A stretch of DNA of 44,027 bases from a virus (taxonomy: Duplodnaviria > Caudoviricetes): IMG/VR virus record IMGVR_UViG_3300043432_000246, positions 1-44,027 of that record; one strand, written 5' to 3'. The notes under the pieces were generated by a model. The model was given only the letters and a program-made list of their open reading frames with translations, had not been told where the DNA came from and searched no databases. The translations under genes and the position numbers were made by a program. Of the stretch, positions 7,886-15,842 are shown piece by piece (positions within the stretch are counted from its first letter, which is position 1; each line of letters begins with the position of its first letter).

Positions 7886-9231
7886 ACGTAAAGATTCCGT
7901 ACAAGCCAAGATTCCCTCAGAATGAAATTCATCCGCAATTAGAATCCCACCGCTTCAATGTACTTGTTGCTCACCGCCGGCTTGGAAAATCAGTTCTTGC
8001 CATAAACCACATCGTCAAAAAAGCAATCAGCAACACGCTGCTTAACCCGCGGTATTGTTATCTGGCCCCTTTCCTAAAGCAAGCCAAATTGATCGCGTGG
8101 GATTATCTCAAGCGATACACCAATCCGATTCCAGGGGTAAAAGTAAACGAGTCTGAGCTTTGTGTTGAATTACCGAACCGTGCTCGTATATGGCTTTTTG
8201 GCGCCGACAACCCAGAGGCCGGGCGCGGCACATATTGGGATGGTGTTGTCCTTGATGAATATGCCCAGATAAAGCCAACAGTTTTTAGTGAGATCATTCG
8301 CCCTGCATTGGTTGACCGAAACGGATGGGGCGTTTTTATGGGAACACCGAAAGGACAAAATCAATTCTTTGAGATTTACAATCAAGCGACATCGCTCATG
8401 CAAAAAGGCGATGGTAATTGGTGGGCTGGAATGTACCGAGCCGATGAAACGGGCGTTATTCCGCAATCAGAACTTGAGCAAATGCGCGAAGTCTTATCTG
8501 AGGCCGTATACCGCCAGGAATTTCTGTGCGATTTCACCGCAGCGTCAGACAACGTACTCATCACAATCGACCAAGTTATTGATTCAATCAAGAAAGTCTA
8601 CGCAGAAGCCGATATTCTTAATGCGCCAAAAATTATTGGCATTGATGTAGCGCGGTTCGGTGACGATCGCAGCGTGATATTTAAGCGCCAAGGACTCCAA
8701 GCATTTACTCCAAAGATATTCACGAAAATAGACAACATGACGCTTGTCGGTCATGTGGCGCAGGAAATAGACAGTTTCAAGCCCGATGCCGTGTTCATTG
8801 ATTCAGGCCGCGGTGAAGGCGTGATTGATCGATTGCGCCAACTCGGCAATGAAGTCATTGAAATAAATTTTGGTGGGACCACTCTAAGCCCGGACCAGTT
8901 CAACAACAAACGCACCGAAATGTGGTTCAAGATGGCCGAGTGGATTCAGCAAGGCGGAGCGCTCCCGAATGTTCCCGACCTTAAATCTGATCTGGTAATA
9001 CCCACATACGAGTACGATGCGGCAAACCGTTTGAAACTCGAGCCCAAAGATAAAATCAAAGAGAGGTTGGGTAAATCTCCCGACATTGCTGATGCTCTCG
9101 CGCTTACGTTTGCGATGCCTGTTCAGAAAAAAGATTTCAAAAATAAACCACAATTCGTAAAAAAAGATTATGATGTTCTGGATTTACATCTGCCAGCGCA
9201 GAAAAAGCAGTACGACCCGCTGGCTTTCTAA
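7882..9231 (+). CDS. terL: Terminase large subunit
   Basis: Walker A-like AHRRLGKS, Walker B VVLDEY, coupling motif GTPKG, nuclease GIDVARFGDD and SPDIADALAL. Confidence 0.95.
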   Translation: MNVKIPYKPRFPQNEIHPQLESHRFNVLVAHRRLGKSVLAINHIVKKAISNTLLNPRYCYLAPFLKQAKLIAWDYLKRYTNPIPGVKVNESELCVELPNRARIWLFGADNPEAGRGTYWDGVVLDEYAQIKPTVFSEIIRPALVDRNGWGVFMGTPKGQNQFFEIYNQATSLMQKGDGNWWAGMYRADETGVIPQSELEQMREVLSEAVYRQEFLCDFTAASDNVLITIDQVIDSIKKVYAEADILNAPKIIGIDVARFGDDRSVIFKRQGLQAFTPKIFTKIDNMTLVGHVAQEIDSFKPDAVFIDSGRGEGVIDRLRQLGNEVIEINFGGTTLSPDQFNNKRTEMWFKMAEWIQQGGALPNVPDLKSDLVIPTYEYDAANRLKLEPKDKIKERLGKSPDIADALALTFAMPVQKKDFKNKPQFVKKDYDVLDLHLPAQKKQYDPLAF

Positions 9232-9239
9232 GGGGTGAA

Positions 9240-9554
9240 ATGATGGGCTCCGCAACAAAGGCGATAACGAGAGGCGCCGCGGCTGTTTTCCCTACGCAAT
9301 TTTTTTCCACTCTCGGCGCTGCAAATATTCTTGGAATTGGACAGAAGCAGCCTTCAATGCCACAAGCGTCAACTCCTCCGGCAATCACTCCTCCACCTAC
9401 CCCAACAGATCAAAACCCAGTACTGACAGCGCAAGAACGCGCCAAGAAACTGGCTGGCCTCAAATACGGAATTTCCTCAACCATCAAAAACAATCCACTC
9501 CTGGCGCCGGCGCAGACAAGCACGCCTGCGCTTAAATCAACACTCGGCGCATGA
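9240..9554 (+). CDS. Small virion-associated protein preceding the portal
   Basis: Pro-rich, ending in KSTLGA; typical position in podovirus head modules. Confidence 0.6.
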   Translation: MMGSATKAITRGAAAVFPTQFFSTLGAANILGIGQKQPSMPQASTPPAITPPPTPTDQNPVLTAQERAKKLAGLKYGISSTIKNNPLLAPAQTSTPALKSTLGA

Positions 9555-11239
9555 AAATAGACGCGAAGGCGAAGAACAATATGGATAAGCGCTGGAACTC
9601 CATGCGCACAGAAATGCTCACATGGGTCCCCGGCTGGCGCGACATCCAGCGCTTTATTCTTCCAACACGCGGATTCTTTGACGACCGAACACCAAATTAT
9701 GGTCGTGAGATAGACCACAAAACGCTTCTTGATGGAAGGCCGGGGCGCGCGATCCGCGTATCAGCGGCGGGAATGTTGGCGGGAATGGCGTCACCATCCC
9801 GGCCATGGTTCAGGCTTGGCGTTGAAAACGATGAACTCATGGCGATGGATGAAGTCAAGATTTGGCTGGAAGAAGTACAGAACAAGCTCATGCTGATTTT
9901 CTCCAAGTCAAATATTTACGAAATGCTCCATTCCTCATTTGAGGAAATACTTGGATTTGGAACATGCGCTGCAATTTTGCTCGAGGATTTCGACACTGTT
10001 GTTCGCGCTCGCAACTTCACAGCCGGTGAATACGCGCTCGGTCAGGATTCGCGGGGCCATGTGAACTCGTTGGCCCGTTACTACAGCATGACCGTTGGAC
10101 AATTGGTTGAGGAATTTGGGATTGAGAACGTCCCGCCGTCGGTCAAAAACAATTACCAAAACAATCAGATCGACGGATTTATTCGCGTCTGTCATCTGAT
10201 TGAGCCAAACGATGATCGTGTGCCCGGGCTCGTTGATTCAAAGAACATGCCTTTCAGGTCTGTATATTGGGTGCGCGGGTCAGAGCCAACAAGTGTTTTG
10301 AGGGTTGACGGTTACGAGGAATTCCCGGTTGTGGCTGCACGCTGGCACAAAACCACAACCGCCTACATTTACGGCTATGGTCCCGGCCACGACGCGCTGG
10401 GGGATGTTAAGCAGCTGATGAAGCAGAATCGCGATAAGCTGGTGGGAATGGACAAAGTGATTGACCCGCCGGTGGTTGAGGATGGAACAATCCAAGGCCA
10501 AGCAAACACGCTTCCCGGCGGCGTGACGCGATCAAGCTCACAAGTTCAAAACTCCGGAGTCCGGCCGGCTTATCAGATCAATTTGCCACTTCAAGAACTG
10601 CGCGCCGACATCAACGAACTGGCTATGGCCATTGACGACACTTTCTACAAACCGCTTTTCCTCATGCTCAGCCAAACCGACAACACGCAGAAAACAGCGT
10701 TTGAGATTGCCAAACGATACGAAGAAAAACTGTTTTTGCTCGGCCCGTTCATCGAGCGCCAAGAAGAAGAACTGCTGGACCCTATCGTTACCCGAACCTT
10801 CAATATTGCGCTGCGCACCGGTGTAATCCCGCCTCCTCCACCATCCTTACAGGGTATGGACCTGAAAATTGAATACATTTCGATTCTTGCCCAAGCCCAG
10901 AAATTGGCCTTTACTGCGGCCATTGAGCGCGTCATGGCTTTCGCCGGAACGATCGGCGCCGCAGACCCGAGCGTTTACGACAACATTGACTTTGACCAAG
11001 CCATCAAAGACTACGCTGAAATGACTGGAATACCTCAAAAGATTCTGCGCAGTGACGCCGTGGTAGCGAAACTGCGTCAGCAAAAGCAAGCTCAGCAAGA
11101 AGCGCTCGCACGTCAGCAACAAGCTGCGGCAATGGTTGATGGCGCCAAAACACTTTCGGAAACGAAGATCGGTCCCGGTAACGCATTGGAAGCGATGACT
11201 GGAACTGAGCCGGCCACGCAACTCGCGGGAGCCAAATGA
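9551..11239 (+). CDS. Portal (head-tail connector) protein, BPP-1/T7-like
   Basis: SPSRPWFRL, SNIY, GFGT, ARW...YGYGPG..ALGD, TAFEI..R.EEK...LGP and LKIEYISILAQAQK motifs. Confidence 0.93.
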   Translation: MKIDAKAKNNMDKRWNSMRTEMLTWVPGWRDIQRFILPTRGFFDDRTPNYGREIDHKTLLDGRPGRAIRVSAAGMLAGMASPSRPWFRLGVENDELMAMDEVKIWLEEVQNKLMLIFSKSNIYEMLHSSFEEILGFGTCAAILLEDFDTVVRARNFTAGEYALGQDSRGHVNSLARYYSMTVGQLVEEFGIENVPPSVKNNYQNNQIDGFIRVCHLIEPNDDRVPGLVDSKNMPFRSVYWVRGSEPTSVLRVDGYEEFPVVAARWHKTTTAYIYGYGPGHDALGDVKQLMKQNRDKLVGMDKVIDPPVVEDGTIQGQANTLPGGVTRSSSQVQNSGVRPAYQINLPLQELRADINELAMAIDDTFYKPLFLMLSQTDNTQKTAFEIAKRYEEKLFLLGPFIERQEEELLDPIVTRTFNIALRTGVIPPPPPSLQGMDLKIEYISILAQAQKLAFTAAIERVMAFAGTIGAADPSVYDNIDFDQAIKDYAEMTGIPQKILRSDAVVAKLRQQKQAQQEALARQQQAAAMVDGAKTLSETKIGPGNALEAMTGTEPATQLAGAK

Positions 11240-11487
11240 GCCTGAAATCGTGGTGGAAAGAAAAACAGTTTCAGCGCTCCAAGGCCGTTCTTCTCAAACT
11301 CATCGAGAAGAAAGACGAAAAGATTTACAAAGAGATTCGCACGCTGGGCAAAATCATGGCGATGAAGGAACTGGACTTGCAGCGCATCAACCATTGCTCG
11401 GTTTGTCCAGCGATCGCGCCACTCAAGAAATTCGCGGACAATTACTTCTGCGCGCCTCATTGCCCGAAACTGGATGTGGCGGCATGA
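11236..11487 (+). CDS. Small Zn-binding hypothetical protein
   Basis: CSVC...CAPH motif; ATGA overlap with the portal gene. Confidence 0.55.
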   Translation: MSLKSWWKEKQFQRSKAVLLKLIEKKDEKIYKEIRTLGKIMAMKELDLQRINHCSVCPAIAPLKKFADNYFCAPHCPKLDVAA

Positions 11488-11548
11488 TGCTAACGGCTTT
11501 CATCATCGGATTTGCTTATTGCCTCTATGAAATAGCAGGAGAAATCAA

Positions 11549-11695
11549 ATGCCGCTAAAAGAAAGTTCATCCAAGAAAGCCTTTGAAAAAAATCTTCACG
11601 AACTGACTGTGAATGGAACTCGCAAGCGTTCACTTAAGCAGCGGTTGGCGATTGCGTTTGCGGAACAGCGGAAAGCAAAAGCCAAGGGAAAATGA
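11549..11695 (+). CDS. 48-aa basic phage protein
   Basis: MPLKESSSKKAFEKNLHEL...KQRLAIAFAEQRK, a recurring small head-module family; AGGAG RBS; ATGA overlap. Confidence 0.7.
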   Translation: MPLKESSSKKAFEKNLHELTVNGTRKRSLKQRLAIAFAEQRKAKAKGK

Positions 11696-12036
11696 GCGAA
11701 CTCGACCTGACCGATGAAAGTCAGCGGAAACTTTCACAGCTCGAGAAAAGACGGAAGGACCGCGACATTTCAGATTTGAAAAAGGTTCTTGGCGATGTTG
11801 AGGGCCGACGATTTGTTTGGAGAATATTGAGTGAATCCGGTATTTTCAGAGGGAGTTTCAATGCAAATGCGTTGGCGATGGCGTTCAATGAAGGCAAGCG
11901 CGACATCGGATTGCTTGTCATTGGGGAAATTAATGGTAATGTTCCGCAGCGATTATTTCAAATGCAAGGTGAATTCGCATCGGATATGAAGAATGAAAAA
12001 GCAGAACGGTCAAAAATACTCGGCTCAGGATCGTAA
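11692..12036 (+). CDS. Bbp19-like head-module protein
   Basis: EGRRFVWRIL...AFNEGKRDIGL motif; located between portal and scaffold. Confidence 0.75.
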   Translation: MSELDLTDESQRKLSQLEKRRKDRDISDLKKVLGDVEGRRFVWRILSESGIFRGSFNANALAMAFNEGKRDIGLLVIGEINGNVPQRLFQMQGEFASDMKNEKAERSKILGSGS

Positions 12037-12216
12037 GCGCTGGATTGAACAAGGCCGGCGCAGCAGTGAATTTATTGATTTGATCGTCTATTTTGGTGAA
12101 AGAAAAAATGAACGCGGGAGATTGATTGTAAAAGTAAGTTGGAACTAAAAATTTAACGGGCGCGGGTTGCTCCGCTTGGGAAGCTCAAACTTCCACCGAA
12201 TATAGCAACCGATTTG

Positions 12217-12253
12217 AGGCGGTATTCCCTTCTGGGGAGTACCGCCTTTTTTT
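12217..12253 (+). terminator. Terminator-like hairpin upstream of the scaffold gene
   Basis: AGGCGGTATTCCC/GGGAGTACCGCCT followed by a T run. Confidence 0.7.
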
Positions 12254-12280
12254 CGGCGATAAGAATAAAGGAGAAAACAT

Positions 12281-13009
12281 ATGGCAGATACCGAAGTCAC
12301 AGATTTAGCCCCGACCGATCAAAAAACAGGGGATGAAGCAGAAAAAGACACAAGCCTCGTCGACGTAAACCTGGAAAAGCCAAAAGACGGGAGCCAGCCA
12401 GCAAAACCGGAAGGCACCTCTCTATTGGATAAAAAAACAGGTGATGAAAAACCTGCTGATGCAAAAGCCGGTGACAAACCGGCAGACAAACCAGCTGCAA
12501 CTGTTCCTGAGAAATATACGGACCCGAAGTTACCCGAAGGATTCACGCTCAACGCGGAAGCCAAAACCAAGTTTGACGGTTTGGCGAAAGAGTTGGGAAT
12601 GACCCAAGAGGCGTACCAAAAGGTTTTCGATGTTTACGGGGAACAACTCGCTGCTGACGTTAAGACCAAAGTGGACCAGTTCAATCAGACGATTTCTGGC
12701 TGGAAAGAAGAAACCCAGAAAGAACTCGGCACTGATATCGACAAAACGCTTGCTCTCGCCTCGAAGGGGATCGACAAAATCTTCTCCGATCCGGCTGATA
12801 ACAAAGCGTTCCGAGAAATGCTGTCAGAAAGCGCGACAGGACTCGGGAACTGGAAGCTCATGGTTAAGGCGTTTTCGTTTGTTGGAAAAGCGATCAGCGA
12901 AGGCACATTCGTCGAAGGGAACCCGGCAACGGGTGCAAAAAAATCGGCTGAGGAGGTCTTATACGACCATCCTGATTCGATAGCGGCTCGGAAACAAGCC
13001 GCCGGTTAA
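12281..13009 (+). CDS. Capsid assembly scaffolding protein
   Basis: Low-complexity charged N-terminus, PEKY...LPEG, AKELGMTQE, GLGN and VGKAISEG; directly before the capsid gene. Confidence 0.8.
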   Translation: MADTEVTDLAPTDQKTGDEAEKDTSLVDVNLEKPKDGSQPAKPEGTSLLDKKTGDEKPADAKAGDKPADKPAATVPEKYTDPKLPEGFTLNAEAKTKFDGLAKELGMTQEAYQKVFDVYGEQLAADVKTKVDQFNQTISGWKEETQKELGTDIDKTLALASKGIDKIFSDPADNKAFREMLSESATGLGNWKLMVKAFSFVGKAISEGTFVEGNPATGAKKSAEEVLYDHPDSIAARKQAAG

Positions 13010-13032
13010 AAAATTAAGAAAGGAGAATTAAC

Positions 13033-14055
13033 ATGGGTGCATTACCATCAGCATTTCCTACCCTCTTGGACTTTGCCAAAAGCATTGATCCGGACGGTAA
13101 ACCCGCGCGCGTCGCGGAAATCCTCAATCAGCACAACGAGATTCTTGACGACATGGTTTGGCAGGAAGGAAACCTTCCCACCGGCCACGTCGTAACGGTT
13201 CGCAAGAGCCTTGGGACAGCGGGATTCCGCTTGCTCAATCAAGGTGTCGTTCCTCGCAAAGTGACGAACGGCCAAATCACCGAATCGATTGGAATGATCG
13301 AAGATCGTTCTGAAATCGATGTCGACCTGGCCAAACTCAACGGGAACAAAGACGCCTGGCGCATGCAGCAGGATAGCGGAATCATGGAAAGCATCAACCA
13401 GAAGATGACGGAAACGCTCATCTACGGTGATACCTCCGTGAATCCGGAACGGTTTGTCGGATTGGCGCCGCGCTACTCTGCGCTATCTGGCAACACGACC
13501 TATCCGAACGTGATCTCGGCAGGCGGTGCTTCCACGCTGACTTCGATCTACTTGGTTGGTTGGGGCCCGGACACCGTGTACGGAATCTTCCCGAAAGGAA
13601 GCCAAGCCGGGCTGGTTGTTCAAGACCTTGGCGAACAGACCATCTTCGACTCTCAGACCCCGATCGCTGGCCGCTTGCAAGCGTTTGTGACCCGTTATCA
13701 ATGGAAAGCCGGTCTTTCCGTTGCCGATTGGCGCTACGTTGTGCGCATCGCCAACATCGATACAGCTGCGTTGGCGACTGCCGGAGACTCTTCTGACACC
13801 TCTGCGAAGCTGTTCAAGTACATGAGCTTGGCTATTGATCGCTTGTACAACATCAACATGTGCCGTCCGGTGTTCTATGCGAACCAGACCGTTCGTAGCC
13901 TCCTGCGCGTGCAGTTGGTGAACAAATCCAACACTTGGGTGACACTCGACACCTACAACAGCGGGAACGGAATTGAGCGCCCGACCCTTCGGTTTATGGG
14001 GTACCCGGTCCGTCGTTGCGACCAAATCCTCAATACCGAAACCCAAATCTCGTAA
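13033..14055 (+). CDS. Major capsid protein (BPP-1 Bbp17-like)
   Basis: 340 aa; EIL...NEILDDM.W.EGN..TGH, TSIYLVGWG, DWRYVVRIANID and F.G.PVRRCDQILNTE; strong RBS. Confidence 0.92.
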   Translation: MGALPSAFPTLLDFAKSIDPDGKPARVAEILNQHNEILDDMVWQEGNLPTGHVVTVRKSLGTAGFRLLNQGVVPRKVTNGQITESIGMIEDRSEIDVDLAKLNGNKDAWRMQQDSGIMESINQKMTETLIYGDTSVNPERFVGLAPRYSALSGNTTYPNVISAGGASTLTSIYLVGWGPDTVYGIFPKGSQAGLVVQDLGEQTIFDSQTPIAGRLQAFVTRYQWKAGLSVADWRYVVRIANIDTAALATAGDSSDTSAKLFKYMSLAIDRLYNINMCRPVFYANQTVRSLLRVQLVNKSNTWVTLDTYNSGNGIERPTLRFMGYPVRRCDQILNTETQIS

Positions 14056-14079
14056 GCGATCCTAAAGGAGGATTTGAAA

Positions 14080-14478
14080 ATGTTAATTGATTACGATCTC
14101 GTCCTGAGCGATGCTCAGGCAGTAACGGCATCAGCGGCGTCTGACAGCTACATCGACCAGCTGGCCGCCGGAGATGCTTATGGCAATGAGTGTTTCGTCG
14201 AATTCCTGATCGACACAACCTTCACGCCTAACAGTGCGACGATTGTGTTTGCGTTGCAGTGCGACGACAACACTTCGTTCTCGTCCCCGAAAGTTCTGTA
14301 CGCTTCTGGCGCGCTTGCTGACACGGCGCTTGTTGCAGGATATCGGGCTGGCCGCGTGAAAATACCGCTGGGAGCAGAACGCTACCTGCGCGCGTATTAC
14401 ACGGTGTCTGGAACCGCGGTGGCCGGCAAGATTGATTGCCGCATTGTGAAGGACGTCGACGTCAGCATCAACGGCTAA
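14080..14478 (+). CDS. Capsid cement/decoration protein (Bbp16-like)
   Basis: MLID..LVLSDAQAVTASAAS, LQCDDNTSFSS and RYLRAYYTV; AGGAGG RBS favours ATG 14080. Confidence 0.8.
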   Translation: MLIDYDLVLSDAQAVTASAASDSYIDQLAAGDAYGNECFVEFLIDTTFTPNSATIVFALQCDDNTSFSSPKVLYASGALADTALVAGYRAGRVKIPLGAERYLRAYYTVSGTAVAGKIDCRIVKDVDVSING

Positions 14479-14492
14479 AACCGGAGGCTTGC

Positions 14493-14765
14493 ATGAAAAA
14501 ATACATCGCGCTCGAAAAGTCCTACGGTTTTCAAAAGCGGTTTTGGGAGGCTGGCGACACAGTTGAACTCCCGGACGATCACAAATGCCCGGAATACTTC
14601 AAGCTGATGACTGAACCTGTGCCGGCGCCCGAGCCCGTTGAGGAGCTCAAGACGTTCTCTGAGATCAACCAGGAACGCCAGAAGTCTGCTCCGAAAACCG
14701 GGATGGCGCACACTGCGCCCGAGCCGACGGCAAAATCAAGCAAGCCTTCTAAGCCAAAGAAATAA
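14493..14765 (+). CDS. Hypothetical head-module protein
   Basis: GGAGG RBS before ATG 14493; MKKYIALEKSYGFQKRFWEAGDTVE... Confidence 0.7.
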   Translation: MKKYIALEKSYGFQKRFWEAGDTVELPDDHKCPEYFKLMTEPVPAPEPVEELKTFSEINQERQKSAPKTGMAHTAPEPTAKSSKPSKPKK

Positions 14766-14772
14766 GTTTGTT

Positions 14773-14806
14773 GGGAGAGGGGCGGTTCTAACTCCGCCTC
14801 TCTCCC
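14773..14806. terminator. GC-rich hairpin between head and tail genes
   Basis: GGGAGAGGGGCGG/CCGCCTCTCTCCC stem; no clear U-tract. Confidence 0.45.
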
Positions 14807-14825
14807 TCCATCTTAAGGAGGCATT

Positions 14826-15842
14826 GTGGCCGCGAATCCGATTGAACTGAATTATCCTGTCACCGGAAGGAACGTTTGCTGTATCCGCGTTTCCATTGAC
14901 CCGGCCACCGGCGCTTCCGCCAAGGTCTACAACACCAACACCCAGCTTTACGAAACCTATACGGCTGCTCACGATTCGCTTTATCAGATAAATCTTACCG
15001 AAGTCATTCCCAATTACTACCGTGCCGCATGTCCAGCCGGAAGTATTACCACCCCCGCAACCGAGCTTTTCTTCGACATGAAGGGCGATACCACGCTCAA
15101 CATTTTGAATCATGCACCTTCAATTGGGCAAGGCAACAGCCAAGGCGTGAATATCGGGACCATCAATGGCAGTATCACCTCCGTTGGAGTAAACCCGTCT
15201 GCGGTCGTTGATATCTGTAACTTGGCCCTGACTCATATCGGGCAGAAGAACATCACATCCTTAAGCGACGCCACCGAGAATGCGCGCCGTTGCCTACAGA
15301 TTTACGCAAACTGCCGGGACGAAGTGTTGCGCGATGCGGCATGGAAATTCGCAACAGTGATTGCAACGCTCGTTGAAAATGACGTTGTGACGGTGGTCGG
15401 ATGGGATTACGTTTACGATCTTCCCGCTGATTATGTGCGCATCCGCAAAATATACACGGATGACACCACGCTTTTCGATACGATGATTTCAAACTCGGCC
15501 ATGTTCGTGAACACGATTCCCGTCACAAACCCGCGCGGAATCCCCTACAAAATCGTTTATGACGTTGATACCGCAGCGCAGGTTCTTGTCTCGAACGCGA
15601 ATCCGCTTTATATCGAGTACACGGTACGCATCAACAATCCATCATTCTACGATGCCATGTTCATTAAAGCGCTTTCATTCAAATTGGCTTCCGAACTCGC
15701 AAACTATCTTTGCACAGATTCCAATGAGTCCGACAAAATGCTGCAACGATACGCGATGATCATGTCAGAAGCCGCGCGCGTGAATGGAGATGAGGACGGG
15801 ATTCCTCTTGAAAAACGCTCTACAACCTGGGATGTGAGATAG
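14826..15842 (+). CDS. Tail adaptor (tubular protein A-like) with ~120-aa N-terminal extension
   Basis: VDICNLALTHIG, RDEVLRDAAWKFA, YDLPADYVRI and DAMFIKALSFKLASELA motifs. Confidence 0.85.
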   Translation: MAANPIELNYPVTGRNVCCIRVSIDPATGASAKVYNTNTQLYETYTAAHDSLYQINLTEVIPNYYRAACPAGSITTPATELFFDMKGDTTLNILNHAPSIGQGNSQGVNIGTINGSITSVGVNPSAVVDICNLALTHIGQKNITSLSDATENARRCLQIYANCRDEVLRDAAWKFATVIATLVENDVVTVVGWDYVYDLPADYVRIRKIYTDDTTLFDTMISNSAMFVNTIPVTNPRGIPYKIVYDVDTAAQVLVSNANPLYIEYTVRINNPSFYDAMFIKALSFKLASELANYLCTDSNESDKMLQRYAMIMSEAARVNGDEDGIPLEKRSTTWDVR

